Source of the DNA: Fistulifera solaris
Taxonomy: Eukaryota
Length of the DNA: 64,000 nt
NCBI GenBank assembly: GCA_030295235.1
Contig: AP026148.1
Span: 124,001-188,000 of the forward strand
Direction of reading: 5' to 3'
Below, piece by piece: positions 1 to 11,182 of this stretch. Made by a program: the position numbers and the translations under genes. The notes under the pieces are model-generated. The model was not told the DNA's origin and ran no database searches. It saw only the letters and a list, made by a program, of their open reading frames with translations. How positions within the stretch are numbered: position 1 is the stretch's first letter; each line of letters starts with the position of its first letter.

Positions 1-2161
1 AATCACCACGAATCATGTAGTACGCATACATAGCACACATGGCTTTCTCAAAAGGAACATCCAGAAAGTATTTTTCATCACCCCAGTCGAACCTTAAAGC
101 GTCCAACTGAGCTTTCCGCTCAGGTACATGTTTCACTTCGAGACTCCCATCTCGAATTCGACGTACTATACTACCTAGTTGCATGCCACCCAAATGTTCG
201 GGCCACCTGTCTATTGTTTTCAGCACTTTAGGAGCCGCAACGGTAGCGACTCGTGCCCGAGCAGTGACTAATTCTTCCTCTTCTTCCACCTGCTGCTCTA
301 AGCGGCGAATTTCTGCAGCAATTATGTCTTCACCACTGTTGTCGCGGAATTGGCTGTTTCTGCTACCACGGTCATCGTCACCAAAACTCGCAATGGCCGC
401 CGCGGCACGCGCATCGAGATCAAATTGATCAAAAGCATCCATCCCATCTTCATAATCGTCGTCATCCTCGTCCAAATCCAAGAAACCAGTGATTTCCTTG
501 GGTATGGGTACAACAAAGAACACATCGTCATCCTTTTCATTCTTTGTAGGCTCGAAAGTCAAATTGCCATACATAGCCTTATACACGGTAAGAGCTTCGA
601 CGACATCTTCAAAGACAAAGTCATCACCAAAGTCATCATTGAACCATGGAATATCTTTTGTTTGTTTTCCTTTTATGACTCTCTTATTGGGAGTCAAGCC
701 TTCGATGATATTGACCTCCAGGGCCCGTTCGGTGGCCTCTTTCAAACTCTCATCCAACGTGCGTTCTTCGATGTATTCTTCTTCGACCGAGGAAGCTGGT
801 GTCGATGACAGAATGTCTGCCCCGGACGCCATTCCTGAAGATGTTTCCGGCATTCGCGCCCCATCAAAATTCCAGCCAGAGGCCGAGGCCGAAAAATCGC
901 CATCCTCTGAGTACACACCATCGCCCGCATCAAACGAGCCTTCCAGTAGCGCTTTGAAACCGGCATCCTCTTCGTCCTCACCGCCCCACTGCGTCGCTCG
1001 ACGTCGCGTGCCTCTCACTGGAGGAGTCCAAGCGAATCCCAAATCGTCTAGCATCTTTCGGCGCGACGGATAGTTATTCACAAACGTTCCTTGGGATCGA
1101 ATAGCATTGACACGTGCCCCTAAACGTAATCCCCACGTTGCTTCCGGCCAGCGACGGTCATTCTTGGGCACAGCAAAGGGTTGGGGGACCAATAAATCTC
1201 CATGAATGGATTTATAAGTTTGCAGCGCTAGATACACATTTTGAAAGCGCACATCATTGGCGGAGCCTGTCGCATCGAGCTCATTGACATCATTGTATTT
1301 ACTATTGTCGGTCTTTGCGGGTGAATTCCTGCTCGATTGTTTGGGCGTAGCGGATGATTCGGTCAGATACTCCCTGGTTTCCTCTTGGTAATTACCATCA
1401 ACAACGTCCACATCCGCAGTATCATTCTCCGCATCCTGTGTTCGATATCCGACTTCCGCAAACGCTCGTTGCGCCGTTGGATTCTGCGGAATGACAGTAT
1501 CACGTACTACCGGCCAAAATCGACCCAATGGCATGCCATGCACTTCCTGTGGCCACGGATCTTGCGCGGGCACGGTGAAAGTATTGGGAATCTCCGCATT
1601 GCTGTCGCTGTTTTTATTATTATTATTATTATTCAGTTTTTGATACGTCTGATACGCCAATTTGACTTGCTGCCACGAGACTTGTTGCGGTTCCGATTTA
1701 TTCGAGCGCAATTGCCAAACAAATCCCAATTGCTCGAGGGCTTTTCTTCGTTCCGGAGTCAAGTATTTCCCCGTGGCACGAATTTCGGCCACAACTTTTC
1801 CCAATTTGAGTTCATGAGCAGCTTCTGGCCATGGTTTAATATTGGGAACGACGAACCGTTGCGGTACTTTAAGATCACCGAACGCGGCTTTGTATAAACG
1901 AAAGGCTGCGAAAATTGCTTTCCATTCGGCTTCGTCGTCGTTGTCGGCGTTGTTATTATTATTAGCGTTACCGTTTGATTGACTCAAGCGTGTTCTCCAT
2001 GATCGTTCTGATACTACAGAACTATGCAATATTGAAGGCCTCGGAAGAAATAGTTTTTGTTTCGGTAAGGAATGTTGATGTTGTAACGTCCAAGAAAACA
2101 AAGGTACACACAAAAGGAACAAAACAAAGCCAACCAAGTCGATTCGTATCACACGAATCAT
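1..2161 (-). CDS. Helicase-associated (HA) domain repeat protein, probably plastid-targeted; runs off the left edge of the window
   Basis: Open frame from ATG 2161 to the window edge (absent from the ORF track, consistent with no stop in the window). N-terminus MIRVIRIDLVGFVLFLLCVPLFS-WTLQ resembles a signal peptide plus Ser/Arg-rich transit peptide. At least 4 repeats such as WKAIFAAFRLYKAAFGDLKVPQRFVVP..WPE....LG..V..IR...RRKALEQLGFVW and FQNVYLALQTYKSIHGDLLVPQPFAVP...WPEATWGLRLGARVNAIR...LDDLGFAW. Confidence 0.85.
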   Translation of the reverse strand, partial: MIRVIRIDLVGFVLFLLCVPLFSWTLQHQHSLPKQKLFLPRPSILHSSVVSERSWRTRLSQSNGNANNNNNADNDDEAEWKAIFAAFRLYKAAFGDLKVPQRFVVPNIKPWPEAAHELKLGKVVAEIRATGKYLTPERRKALEQLGFVWQLRSNKSEPQQVSWQQVKLAYQTYQKLNNNNNNKNSDSNAEIPNTFTVPAQDPWPQEVHGMPLGRFWPVVRDTVIPQNPTAQRAFAEVGYRTQDAENDTADVDVVDGNYQEETREYLTESSATPKQSSRNSPAKTDNSKYNDVNELDATGSANDVRFQNVYLALQTYKSIHGDLLVPQPFAVPKNDRRWPEATWGLRLGARVNAIRSQGTFVNNYPSRRKMLDDLGFAWTPPVRGTRRRATQWGGEDEEDAGFKALLEGSFDAGDGVYSEDGDFSASASGWNFDGARMPETSSGMASGADILSSTPASSVEEEYIEERTLDESLKEATERALEVNIIEGLTPNKRVIKGKQTKDIPWFNDDFGDDFVFEDVVEALTVYKAMYGNLTFEPTKNEKDDDVFFVVPIPKEITGFLDLDEDDDDYEDGMDAFDQFDLDARAAAAIASFGDDDRGSRNSQFRDNSGEDIIAAEIRRLEQQVEEEEELVTARARVATVAAPKVLKTIDRWPEHLGGMQLGSIVRRIRDGSLEVKHVPERKAQLDALRFDWGDEKYFLDVPFEKAMCAMYAYYMIRGD

Positions 2162-2661
2162 TGTGAAAATATAACACAATCGAAAACAGAATAGATCAAT
2201 CCAGATAATATATAAATAGCTGCGTTTCTCTTCTATCTCTTTCTCTCTTTTGATGGATGGATGGATGATTTATTATTGATGGCTCTTACTACGTTTTGAT
2301 TACCAGTATCGCCGTATCTCGTCGTGTTCTTCTCGGTTGATGGAGGTTGTGACTTTGTGCGACGGGCGGACCGACGATTTCGCTCTCGGAAGGCAGGACG
2401 GACGATGGACAAATTTTACGCGCGAACCGCGAACAACGGCAAGTTGACATGGGGCGGACCACCGGTACTCAATACATAGAGACATGGAACATCCGTGTCG
2501 TTTGTACGTGGCACACAATCAAACAGAATAAGCCAGTGTCTCATCTTCGTCGAGCATTCACGAACAAAAATCCATCCATAACTGCTCCGTTCAACGTTCC
2601 AACATCATCTTCTCCTCCATTTGTGACACATAAATCAGCTCCTTTCGTCGCTCTTTTCTTA

Positions 2662-2666
<5 letters not shown>

Positions 2667-2738
<72 letters not shown>
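2667..2738. repeat. (CT)36 microsatellite
   Basis: Perfect CT dinucleotide run read directly. Confidence 0.97.
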
Positions 2739-2743
<5 letters not shown>

Positions 2744-3323
2744 AAGCATGAAGAAGGTTACGTCGAACTCGTCCTTTCACAATGAAAATTGGCGGCCACC
2801 GAGAAGATACGTCGCCATAATACTCTTCGCCTCCATGATCGAACAAATCTTTCTGGTTTGGCATAGAGTCATGATGCAATTCGAAGAGAGTTTAGTACAT
2901 CAAATCAAAATGGCTCATTTGACATCGGGTGGACCCACAAGTCGTGACTCTTCTCGCTCCTCCGTCAACAAATAAATAGACCGAATGGGATCTATCAACA
3001 GCGAATGTAAACTGTCATTTTGCACCTTTCGCTGTTTTGTATGTAAAGTAAACGCCAAATCAATTAAAGATTATTAAATAGATAACACTGTTCTCATACT
3101 TTACAACTTGCAACTAATTCGTAGGAGAAGCAACACAGGTCTCCTTCATTCCGTCATGAATAAAGTGGATCTTATGTGTATGGTTGTAGCATCAACGATA
3201 ACTAACCTCTTCCTATAAAAATGTCGATGTGCGTCCATGCGAGTGTGATCTTTTCCTGCTTTATTATTAGCACAAATCATTTCAATGTGGAAATGAATCG
3301 TTTGGAAGTTTCATTGTCCAATG

Positions 3324-3380
3324 TACTATATGCCACAGTGTTGTCTGTTTTTCACCACGACTGCATTTGAGTCATGAGTC
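3324..3380 (+). repeat. Copy of the dispersed ~60-bp tripartite motif
   Basis: TACTATA-N6-AGTGTTGTCTGTTTTTCA-CCACGACTGCATTTGAGTCATGAGTC; a weaker partner lies at ~3110-3161. Confidence 0.8.
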
Positions 3381-3568
3381 AGGGTCAAACAAACTACGGA
3401 CTAGTACCAGGTAATGATCTGCTAGATGATGCTTACATGTTATTTTCTTACTCGATATCTCTTGTGGCATTTCATAAAAACAATACCTGGGGGAAGGCTT
3501 TATTTTTTAGTTTATTTGACACGCCTACTAGACGCTCTAGTTCAACCGATCTCCATATCAATCGAGGA

Positions 3569-3601
<33 letters not shown>
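3569..3601. repeat. (GTC)11 microsatellite upstream of the TTC1-like gene
   Basis: Direct reading. Confidence 0.95.
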
Positions 3602-3795
3602 TCGCCCCTGTCCGTCACTTCGTGGTTACGTCACGTTTCTCTCTGCCTCGTTTCGTTTCTTGCGTTTGATGCGATCGCCTGATTATTTATTATTCATTCA
3701 ATCGATGATTTCTTCATTAAAAGAAACAAGAAGAATACATATTCTTATCATAACAGATTTCGATTCTGCTTTGCATAAACGTGTATGACTAGATC

Positions 3796-4644
3796 ATGAC
3801 AACTACATTCAGTAGTGAAGGCTTTGATTTAGATGCGGCGGCATCGTCCTCCAATGTCATTTACGAAATCGGTGGTGCTGTTTCCTCAGAACCAGAGACT
3901 ACGACTGTACCGGAATCGACGGCTACTACAGACGAATCTTCTACAGCCGAGTCGTTCAAACAAAAAGGCAATCAAGCTTTTCTGAAAGGAGAATATCTGG
4001 AAGCGTACGAATGGTATACGCAAGCGATTGAAGCCACGCCAGGTATGAAAGCGGAAGAATTACTGCAACAAAAGGAGGAATGGGAAAAAGAACAAACGAG
4101 GCTGGCGCGAGAGAGACTGTACGAACGTGATCAGAAAAAGAAAGAAGATGAAGGAGAAGAGCCTCTTGACAGCAATGCCACATCCGAGGCGACTCAGTTC
4201 ACCGCACCACCGCACGAACACGCCACCGAATTATCGATTTACTACGCCAATCGCGGAGCTGCACTGTATTCGTTGCAGAGATACGAAGAAGCTGTCCAAG
4301 ACTGCAATATTGCACTTTTGTGGAATCCAACATATGTCAAAGCGCTTGTACGACGATCGAAAGGACACGAACAACTGGAGCATTACGATTTGGCCTTGCA
4401 AGACGCGAAACTAGCCTTTGAATTGGGTGATAGTAAAACGAAACAATCGTTACGACCTGCCTTGACACGCTTACAGAAAGCCGAAGACGCGCGCTTGGAA
4501 AAGCTCAAAACCGAAACCTTGGGGCAACTCAAAGAGCTGGGAAATTCGATATTGGGCAACTTTGGCTTGTCATTGGACAACTTTCAGGCCGTCCAAGATC
4601 CGAATACGGGATCGTATAGCATATCCTTTCAGAACAACAAATAA
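3796..4644 (+). CDS. TTC1: Tetratricopeptide repeat protein 1-like co-chaperone
   Basis: TPR motifs (AESFKQKGNQAF...YTQAI; YANRGAAL...A...C..AL..NP.YVKALVRR) and the TTC1-type C-terminus LKELGNSILGNFGLSLDNFQAVQDPNTGSYSISF. Confidence 0.88.
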   Translation: MTTTFSSEGFDLDAAASSSNVIYEIGGAVSSEPETTTVPESTATTDESSTAESFKQKGNQAFLKGEYLEAYEWYTQAIEATPGMKAEELLQQKEEWEKEQTRLARERLYERDQKKKEDEGEEPLDSNATSEATQFTAPPHEHATELSIYYANRGAALYSLQRYEEAVQDCNIALLWNPTYVKALVRRSKGHEQLEHYDLALQDAKLAFELGDSKTKQSLRPALTRLQKAEDARLEKLKTETLGQLKELGNSILGNFGLSLDNFQAVQDPNTGSYSISFQNNK

Positions 4645-4775
4645 TAGAAACAGTAGTTTTAGTAGAATCACGATAGCGATAGGAGTAAAAAGACAGCATA
4701 ATCCAATTTTAGCATTAGATTCTATGATATTAAAAAGTTCTTTACAACCAAAGCTGCAGCTGCTTTCTATGTCGT

Positions 4776-7201
4776 TCAAGATCCTTCCGATGGATTAGGT
4801 TGACTCGCGGTGGTGGGAGATTTGGAACCATCACCGCCTCCTTCTCCTTGCGGTGTATTCCTTCCACTGCCACTGTTGTTAAAATTCGGCGAGAATCGAC
4901 CACCCTGTCCCCGGCCACCATTTCCTCGGCCTCTACCGTTGCGACCGGCATTACGTCCTCCCCGCGACCGCCGCCTGCGCCACCACGCCCGCCTCGACCA
5001 CGAAAGCCGTCATCCATAGGAGGAGGTCCTTGCTCATAGCCATACGGGTATGCCATGGGAGGGTAACCGTAAGGCGTGTGTATGGGAGGACCGACCATTG
5101 GGTATCGATTCATGGGATGCATAAATTGGGGAGGAAAAGCACGTTGTTGCTGTTGCGGATACATGCCATAGTATTGTACGTTGTAGTGCATGGGAACACC
5201 TGTTTGAGGAGGATGTTGCTGATGCTGTGTTTCAGATGAATGTTGCGCTTGTTGTGAGGATGTCGCTGCTTCGGGAACAGATGATGTTTCTCCTTCTTGC
5301 GGCTGAGATATTTCGGCTTGCTGTTGCTCTTCTGACGAAGTGGGAACCTTGGCATCATCTGCGGAGTCTGAAGAGGCAAGTGCATTGACGGGCACTGATG
5401 ATGCCTTTGCTGGAGGGGGTGGACCTTGTGGAGGCATTCCACCAGGCATGTGAGCTTGCATTTGCTGAGGATCCACACCGGGGTACGGATATCGCATACC
5501 AGGATACTGTGGATGGCCCATCATGTGCACCATGGCTATGAGCAAAGAAGAAAAAAAAAACGAAAAGTCGTGATTGAGAAACCATATGATCAGACGACAG
5601 GGAGACAAATCGGTTGGAATGATACTCACTGGGCTGTCCCACGGGGCCGTGCATGTACATGTGGGGCGCCAAAGGCATGCCAGTATTCGGGTCGTACATG
5701 ATGGGCATATGTTGACTGGGCGGTATGTTTTCGGGAGGCGGGACGCTCGCACTGCCTGGCGTAAACGATTTGGCGTTGATATTAAATGTGAACGACTTGG
5801 CATTGGCGTTCAACTTGGATTTCCCAACTTCCTTCGTTTCGGAAGAAATTGCTTGATTCTCCTCTTTGGATGCCTCTTCGGCTGGTTTCTCGGACTTGAC
5901 ATCTCCTTTATTCTCCGCGACTTTTTCCTCGTCTGGCTGTTCTTGCTTGCGGTTAGAAGTAACCGGCGTGGCTTCCGCAATTGACAACTCTTCCACCTTG
6001 GGAGTGCTGGGTACTACTACTACTACAGGTGCCGCGTCAATCTTGGGGGCATCCCCCGTTGCCGCCGCGGACGCAATCGTCTGCTTTTGCGATTTGTCTG
6101 CTTTGGCCACGGCCGCCCAATTCATAGGCTGCTTCTTGGGTTGTTCTTTCAAAACACCCGAATACAAATCCTCCTCATCGTAGTCTCCTTGAATTTTGTG
6201 ACCTCGTTCTTCGGCAATGTGTGGATTGGAACTGGCGGCACCCTCAATTTCTCTAGCCAATTTTTCTGCGTGTTCAATCTTTTCCTGATCCATGGTCGAT
6301 TTGTCGAGTTCCGTTGTGTAAAGATTCTCATCGTAGCTGGCCTTGACATTAAAGAGCTGCTCATTCGCTTTGAACTGATCCCAGCCACCAATGGATCCTT
6401 GTAGTCCAGCTTGTACCGGACGGGGCGCATTCCCCAACAAGGCATCCGCACGACTGTTCCCATTCCCACTGGAAGGAGGAGACGCAATCGGAGTTGTCCA
6501 GGCGGAACCAGCTGCCACCAATCCTTTGTTACCTCCCGAATTCTTTCCGCTAATTTCGGTATCCGTTTGAAAGCTTCCGTTCGGATTGCTACTGGTAACA
6601 TTGTTGTTGTTTGTCAAAGCATCCATGCGAATCGATTTCAAATGTAAATGCACGACCTGAGACATGTCTACCACAAGTGTTTGACCGGCCTTGACTCCAG
6701 CGTGTTGTTCTTTCGGTGCCTGAAGGATCGAGACGGCTTTGAGAACGAATTTATGGCGTTGATCGGCAGGCAATGAAGGAAAAGGCGTGGCCGTATGAAA
6801 GATTCCTCCGTACACGGCACCATCTACCAAGGTCATTTGTACTTTCTGTCCTACCATGTTGAGAAGCAAATGCAAAAATCGTTCGCGGAGAGCATCGACA
6901 TTGCTGGGTACCGCAGAAGACGATTTGGAGGAAAGCGACAAACCTGGAGGAGGTGTAACACTTTTCTGAAGCGGTTTACTCCACGCGTTCGGTTTCGTCG
7001 AAGTGCGTTTGCTGTACTCAGAGAAGAATAGAAAATATACAAGGTTAGATTCGAGTGTATCGACGTTAACGAAGAAGAAGAATAATAATAAGAAGAAGAA
7101 AGATCCGTCTCATTGATGGTGCCTTCGACTCCGAAAAACCGTACGTACCCAGCCGCATCTTCTTTCTTGACGCCCTTCATAGCGCCGCTGCTGCTGCTCA
7201 T
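4776..7201 (-). CDS. ATXN2: Ataxin-2/Pbp1 homologue (LSm, LsmAD, PAM2, RGG tail); 3 exons
   Basis: ATG 7201; introns 7148-7012 and ~5628-5536. Sm-like GQKVQMTLVDGAVYGGIFHT; LsmAD WDQFKANEQLFNVKASYDENLYTT...AEERG...DEEDLYSGV; PAM2 SKLNANAKSF and FNINAKSFTP. One missing G at the 4960-4963 run restores the RGG tail to TGA 4776 (as written, the frame ends at 4742). Confidence 0.9.
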
Positions 7202-7693
7202 GATGCTTTTTTCTGCTACAAGTTCTACGACCTTACTAGATAACAAGTGTGTTAACTTCTTACGGTTCGAACAATCGACGGATCGAATGATGAACGATTG
7301 AAAACACACAATGCGCAATAACAACGAGAGGGACGAGATCAAGAACCGATAAACGACGGTATCGGCGCAGGCGGTAATTAAGATCGACCAATAGTCTTTT
7401 TACAGCAGGCTGATGTGATCAGGGGTACTTATTGTGTAGCGTCGAGGTGTTGTCCTTGGTGTTGTTTACACCTTTGACCGCCGGACGCTGGATGGAGGCT
7501 ACAATGCGGCTCACGGACGGACGCTAACGTCCAAAAGCCTTCCTCCTCGAGTGAACCGATTTCCGGCACCTTCTATTATCAAGAGCAGATGGTAATGCTC
7601 CTGAAGCATTTAACAATAAGTTTATTAATGAATACGTGTGTTTTGTTGCTTTTGGTGACACTGTTGGATGTCTTGAAGAATAACATGATGCAT

Positions 7694-7745
7694 GACTCAT
7701 GACTGAAATGCAGTCGTGGAAACTCCGTCCATAGTTAATGTAAAG
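7694..7745 (-). repeat. Copy of the dispersed tripartite motif (core only well conserved)
   Basis: Reverse complement reads CCACGACTGCATTTCAGTCATGAGTC (7719-7694). Confidence 0.75.
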
Positions 7746-8055
7746 CAGGACTCTTCCCAAAACATTGCCGACTTATGGAGAATCGAGAAGTGTATTCCAG
7801 ATGCTCTTGGAATAAACATAAACCTATCTCTTTCCTAAATATAGAATTAAGGTATGTTGTTGGAGAGAGAAAATCAACTCGCTAATTATAAATTACTACT
7901 TTAGGATCCATCACTTTTTGCATGCAGGATGGTATTACAGTGCACTGTTTTCCTTTTACTTTGTACGGCAGGATTGGTTCTATTCACATGTTTGATTTGT
8001 TTGTTGAAGCAACTTCTGTATTGCTTGCTCCACTTGATTGACCCGAATGATTTAG

Positions 8056-8985
8056 TTATGCTTTCGGTTCCAGTTCAGGAATTCCACCTTGACTCATCGC
8101 CGACAGCTCCTTCTCGTAGCGCTTCCAATCACGCTGTGCCACGCGACGGTAAAAGTCTTTCTGCTTGTTGGGCAGTACCTTCCAACGACGCGAGACTTCT
8201 TTCGACAAATCGGTAAAGCTTAATTTACCATGAGTTTTACAATGAATGCGTTTCTCCGATCGATCGCGATTCCAGTGGCCTTGAAGCAAAGCGTCTTCTT
8301 TTTCTTTCGACCAATCGTGCTCTTTGTTGTTCAAAATACGATCGCGTTCGTCTCGAAAGAAGAAATTATAGGCCGATAGCGCTCGAAGTGGTCCGGGAGT
8401 GTTATCACAGGCCTTGTTGCATTCTGTTCTCTGGTGCATTTTCTTGCTTCGTTTCGTTTTCGGCGATTCCGTTCCCTCGACTACGAAATCATCGTTCCTC
8501 TTGGTGCGCTTATTGCGTCCCAGCGATACAGATTTACTGTCTTGCATGCCACATCGAACTTCTAGCTCAATTCTGTCTTCAACGGTGTTTCGAGTAACGT
8601 TCGAGACCTCCGGGGCCGAGTTGGAAAAGCGGTCATAATCGATGATATCCGATGTCATCAGTTCCGCTACATCCAAAGGAAGAAGATCGCTGTCACTCGA
8701 TTTGTATCCCGATTCTGGCTCCAATGGAACAATTTCTACGTCCGTCTCTTCGAGGGATGGAGAGACGCAGTAAATGTCGTGCCTCTGCTGTTTCATCATG
8801 ACAACGAATGGAGAAGAGCAAAGTTCATGTGTCGTCAATCGACCCTGTGGAAGCGTCCTGGCTTGTACAAATGATTGAATCGCGTCGGCTTCATCATACT
8901 TGGGCTGATAAGTCCATTCGGTTTCGTTGCCAAGGAGTCGCAACAAATTTACCATATCATTCGTCGTTGGTTCTGTTTCCGCCAT
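8056..8985 (-). CDS. HMG-box DNA-binding protein
   Basis: PLRALSAYNFFFRDERDRIL...HGKLSFTDLSKEVSRRWKVL...FYRRVAQRDWKRYEKEL. Confidence 0.88.
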   Translation of the reverse strand: MAETEPTTNDMVNLLRLLGNETEWTYQPKYDEADAIQSFVQARTLPQGRLTTHELCSSPFVVMMKQQRHDIYCVSPSLEETDVEIVPLEPESGYKSSDSDLLPLDVAELMTSDIIDYDRFSNSAPEVSNVTRNTVEDRIELEVRCGMQDSKSVSLGRNKRTKRNDDFVVEGTESPKTKRSKKMHQRTECNKACDNTPGPLRALSAYNFFFRDERDRILNNKEHDWSKEKEDALLQGHWNRDRSEKRIHCKTHGKLSFTDLSKEVSRRWKVLPNKQKDFYRRVAQRDWKRYEKELSAMSQGGIPELEPKA

Positions 8986-9880
8986 TTTGTTTTCACCACG
9001 AAGAATGAATAATGTGAGAATTCACTTTCTTATGCAGTCGAATCAATGAATAATACGATTCGCTGGATTCGGTTCGAATGAGAGAAGATCCATCATCACT
9101 CGGTAAATGAAGGGAACCAACGCCGATCCCATCACATTCGTAAAACAGTGCCGCAGTGCAAAGGGCGTTCGGTCCTTCCCTATCGCGGTACCAGGGTATC
9201 TGTAAAGATCGAAAAACGTACTGTGTTTTGAGTGGAATGAACGTGACAAATGTTCAAGTTAGCAATTAGGAGCCAATCAAAAGTACCAGTGGGAAACGTA
9301 GTTCGGAATAAAATGACGTATATTTAAAAAGGATGATGCATCTACATTTTGGTGCTATATTGAGAGACGTGGTTTCGAAAGGCTTTCGCACATGGTGTGT
9401 TTGGGGTTTCGAAAGATACGAACAGCAGAAACGCAGAACAGCGTTTCATGGCAAAATCTTAACGAAATGACGACGCGATGAGCTGGCAGCTGGCACGTGG
9501 CAAACAATCGTGCCTACCAGGCTACCAGGTGTACTGGTACGGTACTGTACAAGTACCTCTATCCTCCGTGATGTGGATGTGAAAGGTCAAAGGTCTAACT
9601 TGTTTAACGTCAATGTTGCAACCTATAAGTGCAAGTTGACGTTTCTCGTTTTGATGCACTTAATTTTCCATAGTGCTTCCCCGTTTGGGAACACGTAAAA
9701 ATAATAGACCCGGAAGTTGAAGTTCCAGTCCTGGGTCCTCCCGACCAAAATTTTGGATAGCTTTGCGAACCAACACGGTCGAGGCAAAAAAAAACCGAAA
9801 ACATCACGATCTTCCTCCAAAGAATCGGATACCAATGAAAAGAGGAAGCCCTCTTTGCTCCCTTGTTTCTTTTTCGTACC

Positions 9881-11029
9881 ATGACGGGCGCGTCGCATAG
9901 AACGTCGCTCTTTCACATTCTTCTTTTGATTTCCTCGACATTGGCGTTTGTTCATTCGGCAAAACAAGCGGCTTCTCCGACACGGCCACTTTTACGAAAG
10001 CCAAGCTTTGTCGCTTCTTCCAACACTTACACTCAAAATGCTATAGAACAAATTCGGTCCTTGAAACAACAATCGCCTTTAATGGTGCTGCAAGACACAC
10101 ACAATTCGGACGCGATGCCTTCCGATGATACTATTTCAGCCCGTAGAACTTCTTCTCGATCCGTTTTAGGAATCTTCGCTTTGTCTTCTTTTTCTCTGGT
10201 TACCATTGCTGCTAAATTTGGTATATTTCCCGGAACGCCATCGAGTCATGGAGATTTTCTTCCCTATACCGATCTGCAAATTCTGAGAGACTTGGGTGCG
10301 AGTTTGTTATGTGGTGCTCTCGCGTACGCGTTGGTGAAATCCATCACGTGGGCAGCCACTCCCACACCCGACCGCCCCGCGTTCTTGCAACCCCGCGATG
10401 CACGAAAAATCACCCATACGCTTTCGGCGACGGCGTACATGTTGTTTTGGCCACTCTTTTCGTCTGCTACCGGTGCTCGTTATTTTGCCGCCGTAGTGCC
10501 GCTCATTAACGGAGCTCGTTTAATTTTGGCGGCGAATGTCGACGATGACGATGAAAACAATAGTCTCGCTTCGGCTTTGTCGCGTTCGGGAAGTAAAGCA
10601 GAGGCTACGGGAGGGCCTTTGATTTATGTTGGAATCTTGGCGGCAGCCATTTTATTGTTTTGGCGAGATCAACCTGCGGGTGTCGTTGCTTTGAGCACAA
10701 TGGCGGCCGGTGATGGTTTAGCGGATTTGGTCGGACGAAGATTCGGGAAGAACAACAAGTGGCCTACTGCTTTGACGGGTGTCAATAATCGAAAGAGTAT
10801 TGCTGGAAGTGTCGCGTTGGTGACGGCCTCGGTCTTGACTTCGGTAGGAATCCTTTTATGGTTGCAAGCGACAGGATCGTTACTCACAACATTGCCACCA
10901 CTTGGCGAACTTGTTGCGAAGTTGTTGGTTATTACTGTGGGTGCTGCCTTTGTTGAACTTGTTCCGATTGCCGACGACAATTACACAGTTCCCATGACAG
11001 CTGCGGCGCTTTCACTCCTTTTCTTTTGA
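9881..11029 (+). CDS. VTE5: Phytol/farnesol kinase (CTP-dependent), plastid-targeted
   Basis: Signal + STLA-FV presequence; ARKITH, SRSG...GGPLIYV, FWRD.P.G, MAAGDGLADLVGRRFG, KSIAGS, VELVP..DDNYTVP motifs. Confidence 0.88.
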   Translation: MTGASHRTSLFHILLLISSTLAFVHSAKQAASPTRPLLRKPSFVASSNTYTQNAIEQIRSLKQQSPLMVLQDTHNSDAMPSDDTISARRTSSRSVLGIFALSSFSLVTIAAKFGIFPGTPSSHGDFLPYTDLQILRDLGASLLCGALAYALVKSITWAATPTPDRPAFLQPRDARKITHTLSATAYMLFWPLFSSATGARYFAAVVPLINGARLILAANVDDDDENNSLASALSRSGSKAEATGGPLIYVGILAAAILLFWRDQPAGVVALSTMAAGDGLADLVGRRFGKNNKWPTALTGVNNRKSIAGSVALVTASVLTSVGILLWLQATGSLLTTLPPLGELVAKLLVITVGAAFVELVPIADDNYTVPMTAAALSLLFF

Positions 11030-11182
11030 AAAAAGCACATGCACTCGAACCAGCAGCACCTCGCAGTCATTACAAAAGTCTGTAGATTAAATCATATGAC
11101 TATGAAGCATTATAAAAGATGTTTTCATTGACAATGTAGTTTAAATATATCAGTTTGCTGATTCGTATTGCGTTCGTGATAA

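Noticed and set aside
183..1897. Plus-strand ORFs 183-428, 350-808, 489-1073, 1385-1897
   Set aside because: Antisense shadows of the minus-strand HA-repeat gene.
2449..2879. ORFs with (SL)n and (ER)n tracts
   Set aside because: Translations of the (CT)36 microsatellite with no other coding signal.
3374..3788. Poly-Val and poly-Ser ORFs
   Set aside because: Produced by the (GTC)11 repeat in the TTC1 upstream region.
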